Origin: Pseudomonadota bacterium
GTDB taxonomy: Bacteria > Myxococcota_A > Polyangia > Palsa-1104 > JAEUJZ01
Assembly (NCBI GenBank): GCA_035328405.1
Contig: DAOLIT010000028.1
Location: 577 to 64,576 of the forward strand
Direction of reading: 5' to 3'
Length of the DNA stretch: 64,000 nucleotides
Under the pieces are notes generated by a model, which saw nothing but the letters and a program-made list of their open reading frames with translations, had not been told where the DNA came from and did no database searches. Below are positions 18,291 to 27,306 of this stretch, one piece after another. Each line of letters opens with the position of its first letter. Positions within the stretch are counted from its first letter, which is position 1. Position numbers and translations under genes: made by a program.

Positions 18291-18330
18291 GGTGTCCTCC
18301 TTATGGGGTGAGAGATACCGTGACTGTGAC

Positions 18331-18347
18331 AGCACTGACCATGCCAA
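18331..18347 (-). promoter_or_regulatory. Candidate sigma-54 (-24/-12) promoter for tssB and downstream genes
   Basis: The minus strand reads TTGGCAT-GGTCA-GTGCT, against the consensus TGGCAC-N5-TTGCW with correct GG/GC spacing. It lies about 40 nt upstream of the tssB GTG and 110-150 bp downstream of a palindrome array. Confidence 0.6.
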
Positions 18348-18453
18348 CTTCCCAATCACCGCCGCACTGCATTCGGTCAAAACTTTGCAAGGGAAACCCG
18401 GTGTTTGGGACATGCCGAGAGCATTCATCCCGACGACAAACGCGGGAGTGGTC

Positions 18454-18485
18454 TGTGCGCTCAACATGCGCACACTGCGCGCACA
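18454..18485. promoter_or_regulatory. Array of 11-bp-phased GC-rich palindromic decamers (putative upstream activator/operator sites)
   Basis: The plus strand reads TGTGCGC-TCAA-CATGCGCACA-C-TGCGCGCACA, with units starting at 18454, 18465 and 18476. The same motif family and phasing occur at 27050-27095. Confidence 0.6.
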
Positions 18486-18514
18486 TACTTGCTGTTGGGA
18501 AAGACATGTACCGT

Positions 18515-18967
18515 TTATGGGAGTCCCCTTCCCAAACGACATTCTTTGACTTGAGGAATGATCATTCCGGTTCGACCAAGCGGAACAGAAATCGTCCAGG
18601 GAAGTGGTGGAGGAAGCAGCAATTTCCAGCTCCCTGTCGTTGAATCCAGCAGCAAATAGATCCCCACAGATTTGTCACTGGGAACGGTCAAAAACATCCT
18701 CCTTTTTTGATTCGGTTCAAGCAAGAGAGTCCGAATCACCGTCTTGTCTGGCTTCACTGCAAGCTGAACCACATCCGCGTAACTTTCGTCGCGGTATTGT
18801 TCGGAAGAAACAGTCCGAACCAGCACATGCAGAGGCCTCCCCTGGTTTGTGTCTTGGTGGCTTTGGACCGTCACCCACATTCGCCAAGACGAACACCCAC
18901 TTTGCAACAAAAACAATGCAACCAAACACCACCATCCAAAAGAAAATCGACGCAGCGCGGGGTTCAT
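18515..18967 (-). CDS. tssJ: TssJ-like (VasD/SciN-type) outer-membrane lipoprotein
   Basis: 150 aa with a signal peptide and lipobox-like LLQSGC. The body fits the TssJ pattern (RPLHVLVRTVSSEQYRDESYADVV...RRMFLTVPSDKSVGIYLLLDSTTGSWKLLL). An ATGA overlap joins it to the tssM stop. Confidence 0.7.
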   Translation of the reverse strand: MNPALRRFSFGWWCLVALFLLQSGCSSWRMWVTVQSHQDTNQGRPLHVLVRTVSSEQYRDESYADVVQLAVKPDKTVIRTLLLEPNQKRRMFLTVPSDKSVGIYLLLDSTTGSWKLLLPPPLPWTISVPLGRTGMIIPQVKECRLGRGLP

Positions 18968-21900
18968 GGTGATGTAACCCGAAACAGCAACCAGGGATCG
19001 GGCGCGATCACAAAGCGAATCACTTGAACTTCTCCCGCTCCCTCATCGTGAATCCGCCACGTACTTTCCCCGTCGTTTTCCACAGTGCTTTTTTGCAGCA
19101 GCCGAAACAGACTCCACGCAGAATCGGCCACTTCCAACGTCTGCGTGTGTCTGCGTCCCGATTTGCTCGATGTACTTTCGATTCCCACAAGCGCGGCCCC
19201 CTGATTCCACCATTCGATCGATACCGAATCCGCAGTCGTGCGCTGGTTGAGTCCATAGAAGGTATTTTTTCCTACGCGCAAAAAGGCCACTGATGGCTGT
19301 ACTCCTGCACCCTCTTGCGCCCGTTTTCCTTGTACACCCCGAATCGTCAAACGGAGTGGTTGACGGCCTCCTTTTGCGTCGAAAAGTACCCGACTCAACT
19401 TTGCGATTTGGTTCACCGTTTTGAGCAACTCGGAAGGCAAAGGAAGGGCACCCAAACTGCTGCGCCGTGGTCGATACAAACCGTCTTGCAGCACAATTGC
19501 GGGTTCATAAAACGATCGAACATCTTGGAAAAAAGACCCACTGCTTTCGTTCAGCACATCGAGTTCAGAAGGCGCAACCTCACGTTCGGCGGAAGCGTGA
19601 AAGGGAAAACGCTGAAGAAGTGTCTGTAATTTTGGAAGAGCTTCTTTGTTCCAGTGGTCGGAAAGGGTCGTAGCAATGTCCTTTTCGCCTCGACGGTAAA
19701 CGGCCAAGAAGGGGTCCATAAAGGGTTTGCGGAATGCGCCCACAATCCCTGCTTTGTCCAAGAATTTCTCTGCTTCAGAAAGAGGAGAACCATCCCCTGA
19801 ACCGGATGGTTGCGACATCAAGAGGGCACTTTTACCAAGCGGTCCCAAACGATCTGCAAGACCTGTTTTTCCGTCGGGATTCTTTCCGTCGCCCTTGCTG
19901 TGTGAGCCCCACGGCGCATCCAAAGACTCGGCCAATTTGGCTATCGTGGACAAATAGGGTTCAAGCCCTTTCGGTTTCTCGTCACTCCCTTCCACAGTCG
20001 CATTCCCTGGCCCATTCCCAACCGTGTCATTCCCTTTCCCGGCGGACTTTGGCGGAGTGTCCGTTTTCTGTGTCTCCTTCTCTGTCACCTTCTCTTTTTG
20101 TGGGACTTCAGGATTCGGCTTTTCTCGACGACGCTTGAGCAAATCAGGATTCACAACCCGAACCAGGGGTTCAAATTCCGCAAGACAGACTGCCAGCGGT
20201 TTCAAAAACGGATCATCCAAACCCGACAAGGCTGCGTTTTCCGCCACGGTTTGTACATGCGCCACAAAACGGGAGCCGGGTTTCACGATGTCTAGCAACG
20301 CGGTATGAACATCCTCGACGGAATGGCCGCTCCCTCGAATGTGAAAGTGATAGCTCAAATAGTATCGGGACAGTCCTTTGCAGTACTTGTCTGCATACCC
20401 CTCGATCTCATTCCGAACCAAGTGTGTGAGTCGGATTTTGTCCTCGGGTCCAAGCGCCTTGCTTTCCGCAACAGCCCTCCGCAATTCGCGCACCAATGGA
20501 AGGACTTCATGGTCAAACACCGTTCGGTTGTATTCGTCTCCCAAATCATCCGCAGGGAGTTCTCCGGTGCTCAAAAGATGTGCAATCCGTGGTCGGAGTT
20601 CCTCGTGGCTAAAGGGTGGCATATCGTGGCTGTGCCTGGACGGACGACACGATCGATCGCGACTGCTCTTTCCCGCATCGTCACAAGGGACACATTCCCC
20701 TCTTTTTCGCTTCCGTTCGGACACACAGCGGCAACACGTTTCTCGACTTGTATGGGAATGGGAATGCCCGCCTTGATGAACATGGTGAATGTGATGGGAC
20801 AATAGCCACCGCTTTCGACTCCGCAAAAGAAGATCCAGCCACCCCTGTTCGCTGATCTCCAGGATTTTTCCATTCGGAAATGCAAAATGCGTGGGCTCTT
20901 GGGGGAGTGTGGATCTTATCGCAGAGACACCTGTTCGTTTCTCTTCTCCAGACGACAGTGCATTCACGTAGCGCAAGAGTTGATAAAGACTCATGTGCCT
21001 GTGTTTGCCGGATTGCGCGCTACTTTCTTCGATCAAGCGCAAAAGGAGTTCCAAGTTGGTCAGGTTGTCCACCAGCCAAGGTTCAGGGAGGAGGACTCCT
21101 GCATCTCCCCCAAACAGTTTGTTCATGTCGAGCGGGGTTTCCTCTGCCAACATTTGATAGACGCGGCGCAACACGCTTGCTCGTCGCACACGCTCGATTG
21201 TTTCGCGCAGATTCAGGGTCTTTTTTCGCAAGTTCTCGAGTTGTTCGTTGGAAATCGAAGGCTGCAAAATCGCGTGCGCGATCGTTTGTACATACTCCTG
21301 CCACGGGCGAAGATCCGTCACGGGGTACTTCGCGGATTCGGTAGGAATCGGCGGCAAGAGGAGCAGAGCCTTGTCTTTCCAGGCTACCGGACTGTTTGCA
21401 ACGTAGTCTGTCAGCAGATCCACTGGAAGAGACAACGTTTCTGAAAAATCGCTGCGCTGCGTATCCAAAAGAGTTCCGAGGGCGGTTCCTTTTGCGGCAT
21501 ACAGCGCCGCAAGTGCATACAGAATTTTGTCCCTTGCACGTTGACGCACACCCGATTCCAGCGCCGGTCGCAGATAACCTTGCCGCAATCCCTCCACAAA
21601 ACTCTGTTCTGCGTCCGCTTTTTCCTTTCGTGCCAGCAAACGGAACAAACGAAAACGCTGCTCGTCTTGACGAAAATGATCGAGAGCCTGAGCGGCTTCC
21701 CGTTCACTGCGGCGAACCACATCCGATTCCCGCGGTGAAGACAGCGATTCCTGAGCCCGCCTCACACTCCTCTCAAACGCCTCGGTTGCGTCGGTGGCCA
21801 GCTTTACTTTGTGCGCGTGCCTGTGTGTTAAGTACCAAATCGGAAAGGCCCCCCCGAATAAAAGAAGAAGACTCAGCAACGTATGCAAGGGTCGAATGCC

Positions 21901-22974
21901 CAGCGCCAAAAACCAGCGCCAGATTCGCGTAAAGAAGCCGGGCGCTCGCGTTCCCTTGGCTAACACCGGATCAAACGGATTCCCAACCTCTTCATCCGAT
22001 GCAAGAGAGAAGAAGTACACAGCCTGTACATCGGGCCGAACAGAGGTTACTGCACCCTCGACAAGTGCTGTGATAAATGCGCGCACAGGCGTCATCAATT
22101 CCTGTGCTGAATGCAGTATCTCAATGCTGGCTTCAAACGGACCCACCGGCATGGTCGTCAGTGCGCGCGGCAGGTGTTTCTCATATCCTTGCAGAGCGGC
22201 CCCCAAACTGCTCTGCGCGTCGCCACCGGCATCCAGAACGAGTGGAATTTTGTTTTTGTGCAAAAAGCGCGAAAATTCCGAATACCCCGAAATCCGTTCC
22301 ATGTTCGTCAGGCATAAACGAGTATGAATCGGTGCCCCATAGATCTCTGTAAGCAGATTGATTTTTCCCCGAATCAGCTTGGCTTGTTGTCGCAAAACAT
22401 CGGGACTCATTGTGGACAGCACAGAGACCTTGAGAACGATGAGTACCGTCGGGATTTGTGCGGACGGAAGCGACGTTTTCCACAACTTTCGGAAACCATC
22501 GTGCGCTTCTCTGCTGGCCGATTGAAGCAGTGTTGAGGAAACTTCGTGTATCACGCACCGACTACCCAAATAAATCTGCAAAAGGGGGTCAGCCGTATAA
22601 CTTGGGAGGAACTGACTGGCTTGGCTCTGCCAATCGACACGCCGACTGATGAGCGCACTCTTGCCAACACCAGGATCACCAAAGACCAGAAAGTGATCAT
22701 AGTCCGAGAGTGCGACGCGAACACTGGCAGGAAGGGGTGCAAGAAAGCGCTGCCATATGGACAGAAGCCGTTTGCGGTTTGCTTGGTTCACTGCTCCTTG
22801 GCTGGGTCGTTCCGTAGGTGAACGTTTTCGAAACAGACGGACAACCAGATAGATCCCCCCGATCACGAAGGAAACAAACAGGATGGCGAGCAGAATCAGC
22901 GCGACAGTGTTCGTCCCACGAACCATTCCATCCGCCAACCCTGATGACATTCCGAGCATGGCTATCCCAACCAT
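18964..22974 (-). CDS. tssM: TssM / IcmF-family membrane-complex protein with a Walker A motif and a His/Cys-rich insertion
   Basis: 1,336 aa. It has an N-terminal TM, then DHFLVFGDPGVGKSALISR (Walker A, as in IcmF/TssM), then a TM block around FFTRIWRWFLALGIRPLHTLLSLLLLFGGAFPIWYL, then a long C-terminal region. Confidence 0.9.
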   Translation of the reverse strand: MVGIAMLGMSSGLADGMVRGTNTVALILLAILFVSFVIGGIYLVVRLFRKRSPTERPSQGAVNQANRKRLLSIWQRFLAPLPASVRVALSDYDHFLVFGDPGVGKSALISRRVDWQSQASQFLPSYTADPLLQIYLGSRCVIHEVSSTLLQSASREAHDGFRKLWKTSLPSAQIPTVLIVLKVSVLSTMSPDVLRQQAKLIRGKINLLTEIYGAPIHTRLCLTNMERISGYSEFSRFLHKNKIPLVLDAGGDAQSSLGAALQGYEKHLPRALTTMPVGPFEASIEILHSAQELMTPVRAFITALVEGAVTSVRPDVQAVYFFSLASDEEVGNPFDPVLAKGTRAPGFFTRIWRWFLALGIRPLHTLLSLLLLFGGAFPIWYLTHRHAHKVKLATDATEAFERSVRRAQESLSSPRESDVVRRSEREAAQALDHFRQDEQRFRLFRLLARKEKADAEQSFVEGLRQGYLRPALESGVRQRARDKILYALAALYAAKGTALGTLLDTQRSDFSETLSLPVDLLTDYVANSPVAWKDKALLLLPPIPTESAKYPVTDLRPWQEYVQTIAHAILQPSISNEQLENLRKKTLNLRETIERVRRASVLRRVYQMLAEETPLDMNKLFGGDAGVLLPEPWLVDNLTNLELLLRLIEESSAQSGKHRHMSLYQLLRYVNALSSGEEKRTGVSAIRSTLPQEPTHFAFPNGKILEISEQGWLDLLLRSRKRWLLSHHIHHVHQGGHSHSHTSRETCCRCVSERKRKRGECVPCDDAGKSSRDRSCRPSRHSHDMPPFSHEELRPRIAHLLSTGELPADDLGDEYNRTVFDHEVLPLVRELRRAVAESKALGPEDKIRLTHLVRNEIEGYADKYCKGLSRYYLSYHFHIRGSGHSVEDVHTALLDIVKPGSRFVAHVQTVAENAALSGLDDPFLKPLAVCLAEFEPLVRVVNPDLLKRRREKPNPEVPQKEKVTEKETQKTDTPPKSAGKGNDTVGNGPGNATVEGSDEKPKGLEPYLSTIAKLAESLDAPWGSHSKGDGKNPDGKTGLADRLGPLGKSALLMSQPSGSGDGSPLSEAEKFLDKAGIVGAFRKPFMDPFLAVYRRGEKDIATTLSDHWNKEALPKLQTLLQRFPFHASAEREVAPSELDVLNESSGSFFQDVRSFYEPAIVLQDGLYRPRRSSLGALPLPSELLKTVNQIAKLSRVLFDAKGGRQPLRLTIRGVQGKRAQEGAGVQPSVAFLRVGKNTFYGLNQRTTADSVSIEWWNQGAALVGIESTSSKSGRRHTQTLEVADSAWSLFRLLQKSTVENDGESTWRIHDEGAGEVQVIRFVIAPDPWLLFRVTSP

Positions 22975-23040
22975 GTGGTTCTTCCCACCAAACCGTGCAA
23001 AGTACTCCTCCTGGAAATTCGACCCCGCTTTGCGTCACTA

Positions 23041-24516
23041 CTACAATACTTGTCGTTCTCTCTTTGTATGTTGGTTCTTCGTTCTGTCTTTTCCCTTTCC
23101 ATTACCCCTATTGTTATTTTTGTCGTGGGACTTGAGTTTGGTTGTACCGCTGTCCTTTTTGCCGATGTCCTTCACATTCTGTGTTTCTGTTTCTTCAGCA
23201 TCTTTCGGCTTTGGGTTTGCCGCGAGTGCCGTCAGCACGACTCTTTCCGTGAGGTCTTTGCTCCGATCACAGGGAATGCGGAATTCTGCATATCCCTCCT
23301 TTCGGATAGACAGAACGTCCACGGATCTTGCATAGGTTCGCACTTGAAAAAGGGGTGTCTGTCCCAAGCTTTGTCCGATGGCGTCAAAGACCTCCGCGCC
23401 TTGCGGTTCGCTGTCGATGCTCCAACGTACTTGTTGTGGAGTAGAAGACTGTCCCGATAGCAGAAGCCGCATCACGATCCCGATTCCCAGAAGTCCTACG
23501 AGCAAAAGCAAACCTGCTCCAATTGCGACCCCACGATTTTCCGAAAGTGGGCGCAAGAGCATCGAAAATCCCCCTTCTGCGTCTTGCCGAAGACCAAAGG
23601 TTGGATTCCCCATCGGAAGGGATGGAAGATGTGACGGACTTGTATCCAGAATAGGAATGAGACCTGTGACTGATCCGCTCAAACGACCCAGGGTCGCAGC
23701 GATTTCTGCTGCACTTGGGCGGGAATCCGGCTGTTTGGCGAGCATTCTGTTGACGAGTCCCAAAAGCTCTGCGGGAAGACCTGGAACTTTGCTTTCAAGT
23801 GCAGGCGGCATTTGGCCGATGTGCGATGCCATCATCGCGCTGTCCGCCTTCATGGCTTCTACAAAGGGGTGTTCACCGGAAAGGGCCTCAAACAACATCA
23901 CGCCAAGGGAATACACATCACTACGATCGGTAACTTCACGAGCATCTCTGCACAATTCGGGAGACATGTATGCTGGCGTTCCCATCGACACCCCCATTCG
24001 TGTCAGGGGTTGTGCGGTTGCGCTTGTGGCGAGTTTTGCGATTCCAAAATCGAGGATTTTGGGCCGCTCACCGTCTGGTCCATCGGTGTCTGCAACAATC
24101 AGTACGTTTCCGGGCTTGAGATCCCGATGCACAATTTTTTTGGCATGTGCGGCTTGGAGTCCTGATGCAATTTGACGAAAGGTCTTCATGGCCTGCATCG
24201 GGTCCATTGAACCTCCCTTGGTCATCCGCTGCCGCAGGGTTTCTCCTTCCAGGTACTCCATCACAATGTATGGAGCACCCTCCTCCGTCGTGCCAAAGTC
24301 ATATACATTGACGACGCTGGGATGATTGATGATGTTTGCGGCTCGCGCTTCGTTGAAAAAGCGCTGTACAAATTCGGGATCTTGCTGAAGTTCTTTGGCC
24401 AATGTCTTGATCGCGGCACGTCGTTCGATTTGCGGATGGAATGCTTCATAGACAGAGCCCATTCCCCCTGTTCCGATCAATCGGACAATTTGATACGGAC
24501 CAATCTGTTTCTCCAA
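23041..24516 (-). CDS. Hanks-type Ser/Thr protein kinase, membrane-anchored, with a C-terminal PEGA-like domain
   Basis: Kinase motifs: GTGGMGSVYEA, AAIKTL, HRDLKPGNVLI, DFGIAKL, GTPAYMSPE. TM: VAIGAGLLLLVGLLGIGIVM. PEGA-like: WSIDSEPQGAEVFDAIGQSLGQTPLF...IRKEGY. The tail is Lys-rich. The TTG start is preceded by AAGGAGA. Confidence 0.95.
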   Translation of the reverse strand: MEKQIGPYQIVRLIGTGGMGSVYEAFHPQIERRAAIKTLAKELQQDPEFVQRFFNEARAANIINHPSVVNVYDFGTTEEGAPYIVMEYLEGETLRQRMTKGGSMDPMQAMKTFRQIASGLQAAHAKKIVHRDLKPGNVLIVADTDGPDGERPKILDFGIAKLATSATAQPLTRMGVSMGTPAYMSPELCRDAREVTDRSDVYSLGVMLFEALSGEHPFVEAMKADSAMMASHIGQMPPALESKVPGLPAELLGLVNRMLAKQPDSRPSAAEIAATLGRLSGSVTGLIPILDTSPSHLPSLPMGNPTFGLRQDAEGGFSMLLRPLSENRGVAIGAGLLLLVGLLGIGIVMRLLLSGQSSTPQQVRWSIDSEPQGAEVFDAIGQSLGQTPLFQVRTYARSVDVLSIRKEGYAEFRIPCDRSKDLTERVVLTALAANPKPKDAEETETQNVKDIGKKDSGTTKLKSHDKNNNRGNGKGKDRTKNQHTKRERQVL

Positions 24517-24556
24517 AATGACTAGTCTCCTTGATCAAGCTACATGTTGGGAACAC

Positions 24557-25498
24557 TCAACGAGGGAATCGTCTCCTGTGCTTTCTCTTGCCGGAAGGAG
24601 GAGGTTCAACTTCAGGGGAATCTGTCAACGGCGACGGTGGTGGCTCTACGACTGGAACATGAGGGGGAATGTAGAGTGGAAGGATCGGGACGACTGATGG
24701 CACCTGTCTTTTCGCAGGGGCAGCGGTGTCTTCCTGTTTGGCTTGCAGAAACAGAGGTTGCAAACTGGGCAATGGTTTCACAGGTTCTGAACTCTGTTCC
24801 AACACCGACTTCGAGGGCCTGCGAAATGAGAAGGAGAACGTCGGCACACCCATAAGGAGAGCAGCGCTTCCACCCGCTACGAGACCAATTCCTAACGAGC
24901 GCGTTGAGTACACCTGTTCACAGACCAGAGCAGGGGCTATTGCATCGCGCGTACATGTTCCGTTAAGTCCCAACATACCACCCCCAATGCCGATTGCACC
25001 AAGGCCTAGGAGACCCGTCGTCACACCAAGGGGGCGCAACCAAATTGGCATCGGTTTCTCTTTGGCAACGTACAAGAGTTTCGTTTTCTCGATCACCTGC
25101 GGAGCATTCGCAAGCCGTTCCTTTTCACGCGCTTCCACAAGGAGTGCATCGAGTTCTGCGGCTGTCTCGGGAGTCATTCCCGGATGTACCTTCCGGTACA
25201 ATTCGAGGTACACATGAGCCTCGCTCCACTTTCCAAGTTTGCGGTACGCTTGACCTATGTTGTACAGCAGCGCCGGAAGAGGGCGCACCGCATACGCCGC
25301 TTGCAAAAAGGGGATTGCAGCTTGGTAGTCTCCACTGCTGTACGCTTTGCGTGCGGCCTCATACGCCGATGCAAAGCCTTCCCCCTTCGCCGCTAGGTCT
25401 TCCTCCTGTGCCGCGCAGTGTGCCTGCGGGATTTCGCAAAGAGAGAACACAAACACTGTCGTCTGTACAATGTGTGCAAGAGGACTCTTCGTGGACAT
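24557..25498 (-). CDS. TPR-repeat membrane protein with a signal peptide
   Basis: The start at ATG 25498 (MSTKSPLAHIVQTTVFVFSLCEIPQAHCAAQ) avoids overlapping the upstream kinase stop at 25503. TPR-like: YSSGDYQAAIPFLQAAYAVRPLPALLYNIGQAYRKLGKWSEAHVYLELY. Gly-rich TM segments and a Pro-rich C-terminus follow. Confidence 0.7.
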   Translation of the reverse strand: MSTKSPLAHIVQTTVFVFSLCEIPQAHCAAQEEDLAAKGEGFASAYEAARKAYSSGDYQAAIPFLQAAYAVRPLPALLYNIGQAYRKLGKWSEAHVYLELYRKVHPGMTPETAAELDALLVEAREKERLANAPQVIEKTKLLYVAKEKPMPIWLRPLGVTTGLLGLGAIGIGGGMLGLNGTCTRDAIAPALVCEQVYSTRSLGIGLVAGGSAALLMGVPTFSFSFRRPSKSVLEQSSEPVKPLPSLQPLFLQAKQEDTAAPAKRQVPSVVPILPLYIPPHVPVVEPPPSPLTDSPEVEPPPSGKRKHRRRFPR

Positions 25499-25502
25499 CG
25501 TA

Positions 25503-26990
25503 TTACTTCCACAAATCCACTTGTACCTTCCCATCCGTCGTTGCTTCGGAATCCCTTCTTCGTCCTCCCTTTCCAGGTTTGGGTCCCTTTCCGCTTGTCT
25601 TTTTGTGGTCTATTGTCCCGCCGGAAGGAACCTTGTGTGAATCGTTTTTTACATCCAAATGTTCTGGTTCTATAACCGATTGGCTCAGATCAGGCAGGAC
25701 CAGTGGAAAGGGCTTTTCCGATGGATTAGTAGTCGTTTGAGGGCTCGGAAGAGGAGGTTGACTTTTCTTTTGGGCGAAGAAAAACCCCGCAAGAACCACA
25801 AGAACTGCAAGCATGATCAACAGAAGTGATGGCGTTGTACGTTCTCTCTGGGCAGAGCCGGTCTGAATCAATTCGCCACGCTTGCTTGCCCGATTTCCCG
25901 TCGTCAATTGAGATTCAAGGAGGCCGACTGGTTCCGTTACTTTTCGTTGTTGGTTGGTGTAGCCAAGGCAAGGGCGTTCGGAAATGGAGCCATCCGAAAG
26001 ACCCGTTTGGGGGATGGTGGTCAGCGCGTCCACAAGCTCGGCCATCGACGGGCGATTTGCAGGTTGTTTGTCCAGCAAACGATGAACGAGTGCGTCGAGA
26101 GATTCAACGACATGGGGAACTCTGTCCTTCAAACGAGGCGGAGTGCCAAACATCTGCAACGCAAACAGTTCACCAGCAGAGTCCGATACAAAAGGGGGTT
26201 CACCATACAAGAGTTCATACAGAATGATTCCAATGGAATAGACATCCGTTTTTTCATCAGGAGGGGAAGACGCACGACATTGTTCAGGGGACATGTACAT
26301 GGGTGTGCCAAGGAGTGTCCCCGTTCGCGTTGCTGCGTTCCCATCGGGACGTGTCCCCTCGTCGGGTAGAAGCTTTGCGATCCCAAAGTCTAGGATTTTC
26401 GCTCTTTTCCCGCACGTTGCATCCAGGTCCTGCACCAGAATCACATTCTCCGGCTTCAAATCACGGTGGATGATTCTTTTTGCGTGTGCCGCAGCCAGTG
26501 CAGAGGCCATCTGCGACACGATCTCTGTGGCACTGGTTCCTAAGTATGCTTCATCCTGAGCTTGTCTAAGCGACCTCCCGTCGAGATACTCCATCGCGAT
26601 GAACGCTTCCCCCAGATCTGTTTTTCCGTGCTCCAAAATGCGCACGAGGGACGGATGCTGCACCATTCCGGTCGCTTTTGCCTCCAGGAAGAAACGATTC
26701 ACGGCCTCCGGGCGACTGCTCAATTCAGGAAGCAGAACTTTGATTGCGGCTCTCTGTTGGTTGTCTGTGTCCAGGGCTTCGTAAACGGCTCCCATTCCCC
26801 CTTGTGCGATTTTTCGCACGACTCGATATCGACCCACCAACGATCCAATCACTGGGTCAGGAGGCTGGTTTGTGGGGGTGTTGCTGTCCACGTCGTGCCG
26901 TACCTCTTCGGCCCAATTCAGGGGACCGACCTTTGGCGGAAGCGAGAAAGAGCAAGCCCGGTGCCAAACAACCGCTGCGGTCTTATGCAC
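25503..26990 (-). CDS. Hanks-type Ser/Thr protein kinase, membrane-anchored
   Basis: Kinase motifs: AQGGMGAVYEA, AAIKVL, HRDLKPENVIL, DFGIAKL, GTPMYMSPE. TM: LLLIMLAVLVVLAGFFFA. The track start (GTG 26990) places a near-perfect sigma-54 promoter inside codons 8-14, so the real start is probably downstream, e.g. GTG 26891. Confidence 0.9.
   Translation of the reverse strand: MHKTAAVVWHRACSFSLPPKVGPLNWAEEVRHDVDSNTPTNQPPDPVIGSLVGRYRVVRKIAQGGMGAVYEALDTDNQQRAAIKVLLPELSSRPEAVNRFFLEAKATGMVQHPSLVRILEHGKTDLGEAFIAMEYLDGRSLRQAQDEAYLGTSATEIVSQMASALAAAHAKRIIHRDLKPENVILVQDLDATCGKRAKILDFGIAKLLPDEGTRPDGNAATRTGTLLGTPMYMSPEQCRASSPPDEKTDVYSIGIILYELLYGEPPFVSDSAGELFALQMFGTPPRLKDRVPHVVESLDALVHRLLDKQPANRPSMAELVDALTTIPQTGLSDGSISERPCLGYTNQQRKVTEPVGLLESQLTTGNRASKRGELIQTGSAQRERTTPSLLLIMLAVLVVLAGFFFAQKKSQPPLPSPQTTTNPSEKPFPLVLPDLSQSVIEPEHLDVKNDSHKVPSGGTIDHKKTSGKGPKPGKGGRRRDSEATTDGKVQVDLWK
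26951..26967 (-). promoter_or_regulatory. Candidate sigma-54 (-24/-12) promoter for the kinase-TPR-kinase-tssM-tssJ genes
   Basis: The minus strand reads TTGGCAC-CGGGC-TTGCT, a full match to TGGCAC-N5-TTGCW. It lies 85-130 bp from the palindrome array at 27050-27095. Confidence 0.65.
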
Positions 26991-27049
26991 ATCGAGGCAG
27001 GTTCAGGTTGCGACCTGCCTCTGGGCATTCCCAACGCCCACATTTCGAG

Positions 27050-27095
27050 TGTGCGCTCGATGTTGTGCGCACAGTGTGCGCGCATTGTGCGCACA
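27050..27095. promoter_or_regulatory. Array of 11-bp-phased palindromic decamers in the divergent control region (putative activator/operator sites)
   Basis: The sequence reads TGTGCGC-TCGATGT-TGTGCGCACA-G-TGTGCGCGCA-T-TGTGCGCACA, with full decamers starting at 27064, 27075 and 27086. TGTGCGCACA is a perfect 10-bp palindrome. Confidence 0.65.
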
Positions 27096-27290
27096 CTGGT
27101 TGGGGGGAGGTGCTCATGAAGAAAGTGAGGTCTTTTTCCGGGCAATTCGCGTTTGCGAAACCATCGAACGTGGGGCGGCTGGGCGTGAAGATCCAACAGA
27201 AGTCAGGCCTTGCATCGCGTAGAGCAATACGTCACACTGACGCACCACGTCCAGTGTCATGGACGGCTTTGAATCGGTAACAAGGCTTTC

Positions 27291-27306
27291 CGGCATGTTG
27301 GTTGCT
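27291..27306 (+). promoter_or_regulatory. Candidate sigma-54 (-24/-12) promoter for the regulator and NHL genes
   Basis: The sequence reads CGGCAT-GTTGG-TTGCT with correct GG/GC spacing. It lies about 75 nt upstream of the TTG start at 27380 and about 200 bp from the palindrome array. Confidence 0.55.

Noticed and set aside
18385-18405. Second sigma-54-like motif upstream of tssB (minus strand CCGGGTTTCCCTTGCA).
   Set aside because: The GG-to-GC spacing is one nucleotide off the consensus, and the -24 hexamer matches poorly. The site at 18331-18347 fits far better.
18291-18542. 5' extension of the tssB ORF (the track start at 18542 gives 264 aa).
   Set aside because: The extension has no TssB-like sequence and overlaps the tssJ 3' end. 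It would also bury the sigma-54-like promoter and the palindrome array. A GTG at 18290 with AAGGAGGA 5 nt upstream gives a canonical 180-aa TssB.
22078-22087. An isolated TGCGCGCACA decamer inside the tssM coding sequence. Other single GTGCGC-type words occur in coding regions at about 1361, 3744, 17873 and 28056.
   Set aside because: These are single, unphased occurrences of a short GC-rich word inside ORFs. Only the two intergenic arrays show 11-bp phasing and multiple copies.
22990-23020. TTGCA-containing motif upstream of tssM as a possible sigma-54 promoter.
   Set aside because: No GG dinucleotide lies at the required distance from the GC (-24 hexamer GGAGGA vs TGGCAC). tssM is more simply co-transcribed with the upstream kinase genes, across a 66-nt gap.
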